Positions 8,712-19,365 of a stretch of 64,000 nucleotides of DNA are shown in pieces. The notes beneath the pieces are model-generated. The model saw only the letters and a list, made by a program, of their open reading frames with translations, made no database searches and was not told the DNA's origin. Origin of the DNA: an uncultured Bifidobacteriaceae bacterium (lineage in GTDB: Bacteria; Actinomycetota; Actinomycetes; Actinomycetales; Bifidobacteriaceae); the NCBI GenBank assembly GCA_964451025.1, contig CAYVHC010000002.1:10077-74076 (forward strand), in the 5' to 3' direction. The stretch's first letter is position 1, and each line of letters starts with the position of its first letter. Made by a program: the position numbers and the translations under genes.

Positions 8712-9959
8712 ATGACGGCAGTGGCACAGGCAGCAACGGCGAAGGCGTCGCAATCTCAAGAGACGCACAGCAACGGAACGGATCTGGGCGACCTGCTTGC
8801 AGATCGCGTCGCCGCCATCCCGGCAAACCCATTCGCCAAGGCGGATGCCCGCGTCGCGGCAGCTGTGGCTTCCGGCAAGCCGGTCATCAACCTCGCCAAG
8901 GGCAACCCGGATGGTGAACCGCCGCAGTTCATGCAGGATGCCGTCGCCAAGGCGGCACGCGAATCCATCAACTTCAAGTATTCGCCGTTCGACGGCAAGC
9001 CGGAATATCTGGCTGCCATCTCTTCGTGGTATCACAGCCAGCACGGCGTGCACATCGATCCCAAGACGCAGCTGCTTGCAGTCGCCGGAGCCTCCGTGGG
9101 AATCTCGGTGGCGATCCAGGCGCTCATCAACAAGGATGACCTGGTGGTGCTCGTGGGCCCCTATTACCCGCAGTACGAAGGCTCGACGGCGGTGGTGCAG
9201 GGACGCGTCCACGTAGTGCCGACCGATGAAAAGCACGGGTTCCTGCCTGACCTCGACGCCGTGCCGACTGCCGTATGGGACGAGGCGAAGCTGCTCATCC
9301 TCAACTATCCCAACAACCCCACCGGCGCTGTGGCGACGCCTGAATTCTTCTCCAACGCCGTGCGCCTGGCCCACGAACATCATTTCGCGATCCTCAACGA
9401 CTTCGCCTACGCCGGCATCGGTTTCGACGAACAGCCGCCCATCAGCCTGCTGGAGACGCCCGGTGCTATCGATGTGAGCATCGAGCTGGGATCGCTGTCG
9501 AAGATGTACATGGTCGCTGGTTGGCGCGGCGGATTCGTGGCGGGCAACGCACAGTTGCTCGTGGCAATCAAATCCGTGCATCAGCAAACGAGCATCCTCA
9601 TGTCGTCCATCGTGCAGGTGGCTGGCGCGGCGGGGCTTAATTCCGACCAGTCCACCGTGCGCACGCTCGCTGCGCGCTACCGTGACCGCTATCATGCGCT
9701 GCGCGACGGATTGGCGCAGGTGGGGCTTCGTCTGGCAACCGCCCATGGCGGTTTGTTCGCATGGCTTGCGGTGCCCCACGGCTGGAACGATGAGGATTTC
9801 GCCGTCTGGCTGCTCGACAAGGCGAACGTCGCGGTAATTCCCGGCTCTGATTTCGGACCCACCGGCGCCGGATTCGTGCGCCTGAGCCTGCTCGAGCCCG
9901 CAACGACGCTTGCCGAGGCCGCACACAGGATCGCCGCCGCCCGTGGCAACGCCTGGTGA
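8712..9959 (+). CDS. PLP-dependent class I/II aminotransferase (MtnE-like)
   Basis: NLAKGNPD, LNYPNNPTGAVA, DFAY, SLSKMYMVAGWRGGF; GGAGG SD. Confidence 0.88.
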   Translation: MTAVAQAATAKASQSQETHSNGTDLGDLLADRVAAIPANPFAKADARVAAAVASGKPVINLAKGNPDGEPPQFMQDAVAKAARESINFKYSPFDGKPEYLAAISSWYHSQHGVHIDPKTQLLAVAGASVGISVAIQALINKDDLVVLVGPYYPQYEGSTAVVQGRVHVVPTDEKHGFLPDLDAVPTAVWDEAKLLILNYPNNPTGAVATPEFFSNAVRLAHEHHFAILNDFAYAGIGFDEQPPISLLETPGAIDVSIELGSLSKMYMVAGWRGGFVAGNAQLLVAIKSVHQQTSILMSSIVQVAGAAGLNSDQSTVRTLAARYRDRYHALRDGLAQVGLRLATAHGGLFAWLAVPHGWNDEDFAVWLLDKANVAVIPGSDFGPTGAGFVRLSLLEPATTLAEAAHRIAAARGNAW

Positions 9960-10047
9960 AACATCGGTTTCGACGCCTAAGAGCAATCGTTATAGCAATC
10001 CGTTACAGAAAAATCACAGTAATCACATTCGACGGAAAGGATTCGTC

Positions 10048-11109
10048 ATGGCAGATTTGAAGTATGCGGTCATCGGTGCAGGTGGCATGGGCACGCAGTT
10101 CGGCGTGCTACTGCAGGAGTTCGCCGGCAAGCATGTGGATTTCATCGACACGTGGGGCGCGAATGTCGCTACAGTGCGTAAGCAGGGCGGCTTCTATGTG
10201 TCGCAGGACGAGAAGGACCGCCACTTCGTCAAGACCAACATTTTCACGCCTGAGGAATACACAGGCGACCCGGACGTGTGGGTCGTGTTCGTCAAGCAGG
10301 TGCAGCTGGACGTGATCCTGCGCCGCTGCGCCCACCTGTTCCGCGACCATCAGGTCGTCTTCTCGGCAATGAACGGATACGGCCATTTCGAAAAGCTCAA
10401 CCAGTACTTCCCGGCGGATCACATCTACGGCGGCACCGCGCTCATCGGCGCCGTGGTGTTCGGTCCCGGCGACATCAATTTCACTGGCGGCGCCACCGCC
10501 AAGGCGATGAACCTGTGTGCATACGACCCGCAGATCGCTGCACGCGGCGCCGAGGGCGCGCCGGAGGTGGAGAAGCAGATTTTCGCCGATTTCACCGCCG
10601 CCACGCTCAACCCCACAATCGTGGACAACTTCGCCGGCATGTGTCTGGCGAAGGTCGTGTTCAACTCCGTGCTCAACACGCTGTGCACGATGTATCAGAT
10701 TCGCTTCGGTGAGTTCGCCGAGCACCCGGCCGCCAAGTGGCTCACCGAAAGCCTCGTGGACGAAGCCTACACAGCCGCCGAGAAAGCGGGCATCCCGCTG
10801 CTGGGCACGCGTGAGAGCGAAGTCGCCACGATTTTGCACACCGCAGGCGTGGCACACCCGCTGCACCATCCGTCCATGTATCAGGACCTCACCACCGGCC
10901 GCCCCACCGAGGTGGATTACATCAACGGCTACATCGCCAAGCTGGGCCGCGAGCACGGCTACGTGTGCAAGCTCCATGAGTTCGTGACCCAGGAACTGCA
11001 CTTGGCCGAGCATGCTTTCGCCATCCACAACCCTGAGCTTGCCGCCGCCGCGAAGAAGGAGGCGGAAGCTGTCGCCGCCGTGCAGCCGCTGCCGGTGAAA
11101 GCACAGTAA
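10048..11109 (+). CDS. panE: Ketopantoate reductase family protein (PanE-like, possibly a D-2-hydroxyacid dehydrogenase)
   Basis: IGAGGMG Rossmann motif, MNGYGH, KVVFN, HPSMYQDL...TEVDYING. Confidence 0.85.
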   Translation: MADLKYAVIGAGGMGTQFGVLLQEFAGKHVDFIDTWGANVATVRKQGGFYVSQDEKDRHFVKTNIFTPEEYTGDPDVWVVFVKQVQLDVILRRCAHLFRDHQVVFSAMNGYGHFEKLNQYFPADHIYGGTALIGAVVFGPGDINFTGGATAKAMNLCAYDPQIAARGAEGAPEVEKQIFADFTAATLNPTIVDNFAGMCLAKVVFNSVLNTLCTMYQIRFGEFAEHPAAKWLTESLVDEAYTAAEKAGIPLLGTRESEVATILHTAGVAHPLHHPSMYQDLTTGRPTEVDYINGYIAKLGREHGYVCKLHEFVTQELHLAEHAFAIHNPELAAAAKKEAEAVAAVQPLPVKAQ

Positions 11110-11215
11110 CATGCCGTGTGCTTGCCCAAGAACATGATGGCGAGAGCATGACGGCGGGATTCTCCAGCCCCGCCCATTGACGGAAGGATTTGTGGCATGG
11201 CGCTGCAGAATCCTT

Positions 11216-11281
11216 GTGTGCCATCGTGTGCCATCGTGTGTCCGAGTGCGCGTGTGTCCGAGCGCGTGTGTCTGAGTGCGT
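11216..11281. repeat. Degenerate short tandem repeat
   Basis: GTGTGCCATC x2 followed by GTGTGTCYGAGYGCG x3. Confidence 0.65.
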
Positions 11282-11520
11282 TGGTCCCGTATCCCCAAGC
11301 TGAGGATACGGGACCGCTTGTTTTTTCGCTGGTCGTCACGGTGATCGTTTGTCATGGAACGATAGCCATGGGAAGCTGTCACAACCGCGGGCGGTTGTGG
11401 TCAAACTCTGGTAAAATCTCACAGGGATTGGGCTCCACAATGAACTATTGGGGGCATGGCATTTATGGGAAATCTTTATTGGAGATTTGTTGAAGATTTC
11501 CGTTGAAGAATCAAGGAGTA

Positions 11521-12114
11521 ATGATGGCTGATACCAAGGAGACTGAGACGGAGGCATCAGTGAAGTCGCATGGTGCCCAGCGCGTGAAGCGCAACGGTCT
11601 GGCGTGGATTGCGCTGGCGTCCGTGATTGCACTGGTGCTGGTGGGTGGCATCGCCGGTGCCGCCGCAGGATATCGGCAGTGGTGTGAGAAGGTGACGCCG
11701 TCGTTTGTGGATGTTCCTGCGGCGTTGCAGCAAAGCGGTAAGGATTCATGGGGTTCGTATTCGGTGAAAGTTGCGGTTGACCTTGATGGGCAGGCGCATG
11801 CGTTACAGGCGACCTATGACGATCCCGCTACGGCACTCGCCAACTTTGAAAGCGATCAGCAGATCATCTCGTATTTGCGGGAGCGGTACGGTCTGTCGCG
11901 CTTCGATGAGACAAGTCTCGATCAGTACAGGTCCGTGGCAGCAACGACGGATCGTGATACCGCGCCTCAGTGGTATGGGGACGAGCTGATCGCATTCATG
12001 GGGTTTTCCTCCAGATATGGGGCGGACAAGAGCAATGCCGAGGCGGTGCAATACATGCAGTGCAAGACCGCTTCGCAGCTCACAAACGACTCCACGTTCA
12101 TGAACTGGAACTGA
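11521..12114 (+). CDS. Membrane-anchored hypothetical protein
   Basis: AAGGAG SD, one TM helix, 197 aa. Confidence 0.7.
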   Translation: MMADTKETETEASVKSHGAQRVKRNGLAWIALASVIALVLVGGIAGAAAGYRQWCEKVTPSFVDVPAALQQSGKDSWGSYSVKVAVDLDGQAHALQATYDDPATALANFESDQQIISYLRERYGLSRFDETSLDQYRSVAATTDRDTAPQWYGDELIAFMGFSSRYGADKSNAEAVQYMQCKTASQLTNDSTFMNWN

Positions 12115-12256
12115 CAGGCGCCACGGCGGAAGGACAGCGGCCAGACCATGCTGGGCCGAAGTCGATGGTGACGCTGCTGCCGGGGAAGTCGGCAGAGCCG
12201 AGTTTTTACGTAACTTTCTCTTCGCTTGGTAGCGGCTTGGCGCGCTGGCGATCGGT

Positions 12257-12354
12257 TGATAACGCGCGATAAGCCCGTCTGATAGCGGCTTGAGGACGCA
12301 ATAAGCAACCCCGATAACAACCGGCGCGTGTGACATATGGCACATCGATACTGT
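12257..12354 (+). promoter_or_regulatory. Two putative activator sites and -10 box of metQNI
   Basis: ATAAG-N7-GATAGC at 12269 and ATAAG-N7-GATAAC at 12301; TACTGT at 12349. Confidence 0.55.
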
Positions 12355-12518
12355 AAAAAACATCACCTCACAACAGCATGGTGAGTCATCAGAAGAAACG
12401 CACAGTCAATCACTGGGGTGTGCACGCCGGTTGAGAATGCTGATGCCACGGTAGCGGCACTGGCATCGGCCACGGTTTTCGAAACACCCGGAAAGACACA
12501 GACAAGCAGGAGAAAAGA

Positions 12519-13496
12519 ATGGCCCTTTCATTTTCCACGATCAGGTCCTCGAAGGCAGGCAGGACGCTCGCTGCGGTTCTCGCAGCGGCAACGCTTCTCG
12601 GTTCGTTCGCGGCATGCGGCTCGAAGGCCAACGCCTCCGACAAGCTGCAGAAGGCGGACGGCAGCTCCACCACGCAGATCACCGTCGGCGTGTGCCCTGG
12701 ACCTTACGGCGACATGGTCAAGGAAGTCATCGCCCCGCTCCTCAAGGACAAGGGCTATGAGCTGACGACCCAGGAATTCACCGATTACGTGCAGCCCAAC
12801 AAGGCGCTCGCATCCGGTAGCATCGACGCCAACCTGTTCCAGCACGGCAACTATCTGAAGAAGTTCACCGCCGACAACAACCTCGACCTGACGTCCTTGG
12901 GCCAGACCCCGACGCTCGGCTTGGGCATCTACTCCAACAAGTACAAGTCCGTTGACGAAATCCCTGACGGCGCCACCGTCTCCGTTTCGTCCGACGCTTC
13001 GAACCTCGCCCGTTCGCTCGATGTGCTGCGCCAAGCGGGCCTCGTGGAGCTCAGCGGTGACACCGACGCCACGAAGGCAACGGTGGATGACATCACCAGC
13101 AACCCCAAGAACCTGCAGATCAAGACCATGGACGCCGCACAGCTCGCCCGTTCGCTCGACACCGTGGACTTCAGCCTCGTTCCCGGCAACTACGCATGGG
13201 ATGCCAACCTCGATCCGGAATCCGCGCTCGCCCTTGAAGACCAGACCGAAGGCGTGATGGAAGTGTTCGTGGTGCGCACCAGCGACGTGAACACCGATTT
13301 CGCCAAGAAAGTTAAGGACCTACTCGTCAGCCAGGAGTTCAAGGACGCCATCGCCAACAGCCGTTTCGCCAGCTTCGGCAAGCCTTCCGCATGGGGTGAC
13401 GACGCGTCGAGCGATTCCTCCTCGAGCGCCTCCGCTTCCGCAACGGAGTCCGCTCCCTCTTCGGAAGACAAGGAATCCAGCTCCTCGTCCAAATGA
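12519..13496 (+). CDS. metQ: Methionine ABC transporter substrate-binding lipoprotein (MetQ/NlpA)
   Basis: Lipobox FAAC, EFTDYVQPNKAL, DANLFQH, DASNLARSL. Confidence 0.92.
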   Translation: MALSFSTIRSSKAGRTLAAVLAAATLLGSFAACGSKANASDKLQKADGSSTTQITVGVCPGPYGDMVKEVIAPLLKDKGYELTTQEFTDYVQPNKALASGSIDANLFQHGNYLKKFTADNNLDLTSLGQTPTLGLGIYSNKYKSVDEIPDGATVSVSSDASNLARSLDVLRQAGLVELSGDTDATKATVDDITSNPKNLQIKTMDAAQLARSLDTVDFSLVPGNYAWDANLDPESALALEDQTEGVMEVFVVRTSDVNTDFAKKVKDLLVSQEFKDAIANSRFASFGKPSAWGDDASSDSSSSASASATESAPSSEDKESSSSSK

Positions 13497-13605
13497 GAGT
13501 GACGGACGATAGGTTCGCCGCATCATCCACCTGATTCTTACGCCGGCCGTGGGAAACCGCTGGCCGGCGTTGTTTCTCTGACACCGTTCCCTGACAGGAG
13601 GAACA

Positions 13606-14766
13606 ATGAGCACCATTGAATTGCGTGACATCCACGTCACGTTCCACGAAGGCGGCACAACCGTCGAAGCCGTCAAAGGAGTGAACCTCCTGGCGCTCGA
13701 CGGAGAGATCTTCGGCATCGTCGGATACTCCGGCGCTGGCAAAAGCACGCTCGTGCGCACCATCAACTTGCTGGAACGCCCCACCCAAGGCCATGTGCTG
13801 ATCGACGGCGAGGATGTGACGCAGGCGACGGGCGCCAAGCTGCGCGAACTGCGACGCAAAATCGGCTTCGTGTTCCAAAGCTTCAACCTCGTGGGCAACC
13901 TCACCGTAGGCCAGAACATCCAGTTCGCGCTCAAGGCCGGTGGATGGAAACGCGACCAATGGCACGACCGCACCATCGAACTGCTGCGGCTCGTCGGACT
14001 CGAAGACAGGGTGGACAGCTATCCCTCCGGGCTGTCGGGCGGACAGAAGCAGCGCGTCGCCATCGCACGCGCGCTCGCCAACGACCCCAAAATCCTGCTG
14101 TGCGATGAGGCGACGAGCGCGCTCGATCTCGAGACCACCGAGGACATCCTCGCGCTGCTCAAGCGCATCAACCGCGAACTCAAGATCACCATCGTGTTCA
14201 TCACCCACCAGCTGGAAGTCGCCAAGCAGGTGTTCGACCATGTGGCGGTGATGGAGCAGGGCGTCATCGTGGAGCAGGGCGAGACCTTCGACGTGTTCAG
14301 CGCGCCGAAGCACCCCACCACGAAGTCGCTCGTGGGACGCTTCCTGGGCATCTCCCTGCCGCCGCAGCTCATTGAATCCTTGCCGGCGGGCGAGCTCGTG
14401 CAGCTGACCTATCGCGGCGATGACGCGCTCGAACCGCTGATCAGCGACGTGGCGGTGCGCCGCGGTGTGAGCATCAACGTGTTGCATGGCAATGTGGAAT
14501 ACTTCGGCACGCGTCCGATCGGCGTGCTCATCGTGCTGATTTCCGGTGAGGATGGCGCGGTGCGGCAAGCGCTGTCGGATCTGAAGTCCAAAGTGCTGGA
14601 ATTCCATGTGCTTGACCGTGCGAAGATCGCGGCAGGCGCCACGACCACGCAAGCCATTGATGCGGCAGCCGATGCGCAGGTCGGCGGAGTGAATGCTTCG
14701 TCGCAGCAGGCACAGGCAGAAGCGCAGCAGGCGCAAAATGAGCAGACGAAAGAGGAGGCACGCTGA
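13606..14766 (+). CDS. metN: Methionine ABC transporter ATP-binding protein
   Basis: [33 protein letters not shown]-terminal NIL-like domain. Confidence 0.93.
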   Translation: MSTIELRDIHVTFHEGGTTVEAVKGVNLLALDGEIFGIVGYSGAGKSTLVRTINLLERPTQGHVLIDGEDVTQATGAKLRELRRKIGFVFQSFNLVGNLTVGQNIQFALKAGGWKRDQWHDRTIELLRLVGLEDRVDSYPSGLSGGQKQRVAIARALANDPKILLCDEATSALDLETTEDILALLKRINRELKITIVFITHQLEVAKQVFDHVAVMEQGVIVEQGETFDVFSAPKHPTTKSLVGRFLGISLPPQLIESLPAGELVQLTYRGDDALEPLISDVAVRRGVSINVLHGNVEYFGTRPIGVLIVLISGEDGAVRQALSDLKSKVLEFHVLDRAKIAAGATTTQAIDAAADAQVGGVNASSQQAQAEAQQAQNEQTKEEAR

Positions 14767-15422
14767 TGTCCACATGGCAGATTCTTCAAAGCCATCTTCC
14801 CCAAGCGTTGTTGGAGACGCTGTACATGGTGGTGATTTCCGCAGTCGTGGGCGTGGTGCTCGGCGGACTCGTCGGAGTGCTGCTGTATTTGACGGAAAAC
14901 AGGCTGCTGTGCCCCAACCGCGTGGTGAACGCGATCGTGGGCTTCATCGTCAACGCCATTCGCTCCCTGCCGTTCCTGATTTTGCTTGTCGTGCTCATTC
15001 CGGTCGTTCAGTTCTTCCTGACTGATCCCTACACTCCGAGCGGTGGCGCGATCGCATTGAGCGTTGCGGCGGTGCCGTATTTCGCCCGCCTCTCAGAAAG
15101 CTCATTCTCTGAGGTCGATCCGGGAATTGTTGAGGCGAGCGTCTCCACCGGCGCCACCGTGCCGCAGATTCTGTGGGGCGCGGTGTATCCGCAGGCCAGG
15201 CCGTCGCTGGTGCGCGGCATCGTCATCATGGTCATCACGCTCATCGGAAGCTCCGCGATGGTCGGCACCATCGGCGCCGGAGGCATCGGCGACATGGCCA
15301 TCCAGTATGGCTACAACCGTTACGAAACCGGTGTGCTTGCCGTCATCGTGGTGATCCTCATCGTCATCGTGCAGGTCATCCAATGGTTTGGCAATAGGCG
15401 CGCCAAGGCGTTGACGCACTGA
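14766..15422 (+). CDS. metI: Methionine ABC transporter permease
   Basis: RSLPFLILL, SAMVGTIGAGGIGDMAIQYGYNRY; overlaps metN stop. Confidence 0.93.
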   Translation: MSTWQILQSHLPQALLETLYMVVISAVVGVVLGGLVGVLLYLTENRLLCPNRVVNAIVGFIVNAIRSLPFLILLVVLIPVVQFFLTDPYTPSGGAIALSVAAVPYFARLSESSFSEVDPGIVEASVSTGATVPQILWGAVYPQARPSLVRGIVIMVITLIGSSAMVGTIGAGGIGDMAIQYGYNRYETGVLAVIVVILIVIVQVIQWFGNRRAKALTH

Positions 15423-15668
15423 GATTGACGCGCTGAGGCGGTGAGATGCTTGGGCGCTGAAGTGCTGACGGTCGATTCCGATGAAGTGCGGAGGTGCTGA
15501 GGCGTAGAGAGTTATTACTGCCGCGTTCGCAGCCCGTTCCAGTTTTTCTGGATCGGGCCGTTTTTATTTGTAACGCCGTCGAAACCCGGACTGGTTCGCG
15601 CGTCCCTATGCTTGCGAACATTCGTGCCATGGCACAAGAGGCCATTGCGGGGAATAGGAGGGATGCAC

Positions 15669-16388
15669 ATGCCTGCAACCGTGCGAGACGCATTGTTTCT
15701 TGTCGTGCTGTTTGTTGCCAATACGGTCCAAGCAATCACCGGATTCGCTGGAACGGTGCTTGCCATGCCGTTCTCCATTCTGCTGATCGGCGCGAATGAG
15801 GCCAAGGTGGTGCTTGGAATCATGGCTCTCGTCTCGTGCCTGTGGCTGGCGGTTGCCGGCAGGAGGTTCATCAAGTGGCGTGAATTGGCGCGCATTCTCA
15901 TTTTCATGGCGGCGGGCATGGTCGTCGGTTATGCCGTGTATGCGGTGTGCCCGGCGCGTCCGCTGCAACGATGCTACGGCGTGGTGATCATGCTCATAGC
16001 CGTCATCAATCTTGTGCATCCGGTGCAAGGCCGGCTTCCGCAGACTCTCATGATGCTGATTTTGCTTGCTGCGGGCGTGATGCATGGGATGTTCGTCTCC
16101 GGCGGAGCTCTTCTTGTGGTGTATGCGGCGGCGATGATACCGGAAAAGGATGAATTCCGCGCAACGGTCGCCAGCGTATGGGTCGTGCTCAATTCGGTGC
16201 TGCTCATCACTCAGATCGCCTCGGGGCAGGTCACCTCCCATGCGCTGATGCTCAGCGGACTGGGATTGCCGGCGCTTGCGCTCGCCATCGCATTGGGCAG
16301 TTGGCTTGCTCGGCGAATCAGTCAGCAAGGATTCCTGCGATTGTCGTATGCCTTGCTCGTAGTGTCAGGAGCATCCATTGCCCTATGA
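15669..16388 (+). CDS. tauE: TauE/SafE family sulfite/organosulfonate exporter
   Basis: AITGFAG motif, about 8 TM helices, context in taurine cluster. Confidence 0.85.
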   Translation: MPATVRDALFLVVLFVANTVQAITGFAGTVLAMPFSILLIGANEAKVVLGIMALVSCLWLAVAGRRFIKWRELARILIFMAAGMVVGYAVYAVCPARPLQRCYGVVIMLIAVINLVHPVQGRLPQTLMMLILLAAGVMHGMFVSGGALLVVYAAAMIPEKDEFRATVASVWVVLNSVLLITQIASGQVTSHALMLSGLGLPALALAIALGSWLARRISQQGFLRLSYALLVVSGASIAL

Positions 16389-16415
16389 AATTCCAACGGA
16401 GAGAAAGGACGCGAC

Positions 16416-17618
16416 ATGGCTGTATTGCTGCGTGATCTGTGCGAACAGGTGAAAGACTACGGCATGGAGCTCATTGCCGGCCGCAACGGATTGGGACGCC
16501 CAGTGCGATGGGTGCACATGGTTGAGAACCAGGAAATCGCGAACTTTTTGGAAGGCCAGGAGATTGCTTTTGCCACAGGCATCGGTTTGCAAACGCAGGA
16601 GGACCTGTGCGGACTGGTCAAAAGCGTGTATAACAACGATGCCAGTGGCTTCGTAGTGAACATCGGTCCATACATTCACCAAATCAGTCCTGAGACGGTT
16701 CGTTTCTGCAATGACCATGACCTGCCGTTGTTCCGCGTGCCATGGAGCGTGCACATGGCTCAGATCATGCATGTGTTTTCCTTGGCGATCACCATGTCAG
16801 AGAAACACAGCATGGAGCTGGCTGCCGCGCTGCGCAACGCCATCGAATGCCCCGATCGTGAAGAAATGTATCTGGATTACCTGGAGCAAAGCGGATTTAA
16901 CAGAGAGTGGAACTATTGCGTTGCAGCGCTCGAGGCGCATGACACGACGACGCGGTCATGCCTGGAAAGCGTGGTGGATCTATGCATTGCGCAGAATGGA
17001 TGGAAAGCCGCCATGCTTGAGTTGAATGGCAGGCTCGTCATCGTTTTCGCGCAATGCGGGGCCGTCGCGGTGCGTGACATGGTCATGGCGATACTGAATG
17101 CCGCACGTGCAAGGGGAGCGGACACGGGCCGAGTGTTCGTGGGCGTGGGCAAGGTGACGAAGAGCGCCCGATGCATTCGCAAAAGCTGCGGCCAGGCCAT
17201 GCGTCTCGAACGGTTGCAATTTCTGCGAGGCAACGGTGCCGTCCCTGCGTTGTACGACGAATCCGGCGTGGACAAGATACTGCTGGGGGTGGAGGACGTC
17301 TCGATTCTTGACGATTATTATGCCGATAGCATCGCCCCGTTGGTGAACTATGACAAAGCCCATGATTCTGACTTGGTTGACACGCTGCGCACATACCTGA
17401 AGTTCAACGGCAGTGTCAAGGAAACCGCCGAATCGATGTTCGTGCACCGCAATACCGTCAACTACAAGCTGGGCAAAATCGAGACCGTTCTGGGAGTGGA
17501 TCTCGGCGCATACAGCGTGCGTGAATTCCTCTCAATAGGTTTGCAGGTCAATGAGATATTGCAATGCATGCGTCTGGGCAATGAGGAGTATCACGGAAGC
17601 CGGCCCGTCGCTCCCTGA
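16416..17618 (+). CDS. PucR family transcriptional regulator
   Basis: N-terminal AGRNGLGRPVRWVH PucR domain; C-terminal HTH FVHRNTVNYKL. Confidence 0.92.
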   Translation: MAVLLRDLCEQVKDYGMELIAGRNGLGRPVRWVHMVENQEIANFLEGQEIAFATGIGLQTQEDLCGLVKSVYNNDASGFVVNIGPYIHQISPETVRFCNDHDLPLFRVPWSVHMAQIMHVFSLAITMSEKHSMELAAALRNAIECPDREEMYLDYLEQSGFNREWNYCVAALEAHDTTTRSCLESVVDLCIAQNGWKAAMLELNGRLVIVFAQCGAVAVRDMVMAILNAARARGADTGRVFVGVGKVTKSARCIRKSCGQAMRLERLQFLRGNGAVPALYDESGVDKILLGVEDVSILDDYYADSIAPLVNYDKAHDSDLVDTLRTYLKFNGSVKETAESMFVHRNTVNYKLGKIETVLGVDLGAYSVREFLSIGLQVNEILQCMRLGNEEYHGSRPVAP

Positions 17619-17627
17619 TGGTCGGCC

Positions 17628-17643
17628 TTGTGCTGGGGCACAA
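17628..17643. promoter_or_regulatory. Palindromic operator, probable PucR-family site for the toa-tauF-tauCAB promoter
   Basis: TTGTGC-TGGG-GCACAA right after the regulator gene and upstream of a TACACT -10-like box. Confidence 0.6.
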
Positions 17644-17887
17644 CAAGCTTTGGGTTTTGGCGCCTTGCCGGGCCGTTCGCGGATTCTTACACTGAAAGCA
17701 TCACGAAGGAACAATCCCACAAGGATTCATCCCGTTCCTCGTTTTACAGACAGTGACCCATGCGTAGTGACGACATGGATCAATCTCATGATTTCTTCCC
17801 GAATGGCCGGCAGGCAGGGCGAAGCCTTGCCGTTTTCGATACACCATCACAGTTGCCGGGCGATTCGTACAAACAGAAAGGCCTCTC

Positions 17888-19336
17888 ATGACCACCCTCA
17901 CCGATATCGCATTCGATGCTTGTGCTTCCATCGATCAGGATGCGGATTATGCGACGGATTCAGTCGCAGCACAATCAGCTGTGGAAACCGCTCATGCTTC
18001 GCTGAGCGGCAGCCAGATTGAAGCCATGCATCGCAAGTACGTCATGCAGTCCTGGCACAAGCAGGGCGAGCCGGTCACCGCCATCAGCCATGCACAAGGC
18101 ATCTACTTTTGGGACTACGCTGGAAACCGTTACACCGACATGTCATCGCTGCTTGTCTGCTCCAACCTCGGTCATGAGCTGCCGCAAATCACCGACGCCA
18201 TCAAGCGGCAGGCGGATGTGATGTGCTTCATGTCACCGGCTTACGCCACCGACCCCAAGTCACGGCTTGCCAAGATGCTCGTTGACATTGCTGGCGCCGA
18301 GCACTTTCAGAGGGTGTTTTTCACCAACGGTGGCGCTGATTCAAACGAAAACGCCATCAAGATGGCGCGCATGGTCACGGGAAGGCCGAAGATTTTCAGT
18401 TGTTACCGCAGCTACCACGGTTCCACGATTGGCGCATCGAATGCATCGGGGGATTGGCGGCGCTTCGCAACCGAAATCGGAGGTTCCGCTCCCGGCTTCG
18501 TGCACTTCATGAACCCCAATATGTATGAGGACGGTTATGTGCGCGGTGTCGACGATGCCCGAGCCACAGCGGAATACCTGCATCGGCTCGATGAACAGTT
18601 GCAATACGAAGGACCGGATTCCGTCGCCGCAATCCTCATGGAAAGCATCGTGGGCGCCAATGGCGTGATTCTGCCGCCCGAAGGATACATGGAGGGTGTG
18701 CGCGCTTTGTGCGACAAGTACGGAATCCTTCTGATCTGCGACGAGGTGATGGCAGGTTTCGCCCGCACGGGCACAATGTTCGCTTGGCAGAATTTCGACA
18801 TGGTGCCTGACATGATCACCTTCGCCAAGGGCGTCACCTGTGGCTACGTGCCGTTGGGCGGTGTCATCGTGAGCCGCGCCATCAGCGAATACTTCACCGA
18901 CCATGTGCTCCAATGCGGCCTGACATATTCCGGTCACACGCTTGCTTGCGCAGCCGGGGTCGCCGCCGTGTCGTATTACCTCGAGCATGACATTCCCGGC
19001 CACGTCAAGCAGATGGAGGCGGTCCTCAAGCCCTTCCTCGAAGAGATGGCCGCCAAGCATAAGTGCGTGGGCGAGGCCAGGTGCATCGGATTGTTCTCGG
19101 CGCTCACGATTGTGAAGAACAAGGCGACTCGCACCCTCATGGCTCCCTATCACGATGCTCATAGCGTTATGCCATCCATCATGGCACAGCTGATGAAGCG
19201 CGGATTCGCCACATTCGGACGTGAGTCGAACATCAACATCTGCCCGCCGCTCACCATCACGGCACAACAGCTTGAGGAGGAACTTCCCAAGCTCGACGAA
19301 GTGCTCACCTGGGTTGACGAGACCTACTGCGATTGA
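17888..19336 (+). CDS. toa: Class III aminotransferase, taurine:2-oxoacid aminotransferase
   Basis: FFTNGGADSNE, SYHG, DEVMAGFARTG, AKGVT; taurine cluster context. Confidence 0.85.
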   Translation: MTTLTDIAFDACASIDQDADYATDSVAAQSAVETAHASLSGSQIEAMHRKYVMQSWHKQGEPVTAISHAQGIYFWDYAGNRYTDMSSLLVCSNLGHELPQITDAIKRQADVMCFMSPAYATDPKSRLAKMLVDIAGAEHFQRVFFTNGGADSNENAIKMARMVTGRPKIFSCYRSYHGSTIGASNASGDWRRFATEIGGSAPGFVHFMNPNMYEDGYVRGVDDARATAEYLHRLDEQLQYEGPDSVAAILMESIVGANGVILPPEGYMEGVRALCDKYGILLICDEVMAGFARTGTMFAWQNFDMVPDMITFAKGVTCGYVPLGGVIVSRAISEYFTDHVLQCGLTYSGHTLACAAGVAAVSYYLEHDIPGHVKQMEAVLKPFLEEMAAKHKCVGEARCIGLFSALTIVKNKATRTLMAPYHDAHSVMPSIMAQLMKRGFATFGRESNINICPPLTITAQQLEEELPKLDEVLTWVDETYCD

Positions 19337-19365
19337 TACCGGGAACCACATGCGAAGGAACGATC

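Noticed and set aside
6448-8832. 794-aa minus-strand ORF, and similar long antisense ORFs over the aminotransferase, panE, metN, nadA/nadB, bsh and groEL
   Set aside because: Shadow ORFs caused by GC3-biased codon usage of the real genes; no recognisable motifs
12355-12518. SAM riboswitch or T-box upstream of metQ
   Set aside because: Hairpins are present (GCTGATGCCA/TGGCATCGGC) but no SAM-I/IV/VI core or T-box GGTGGNACCGCG motif
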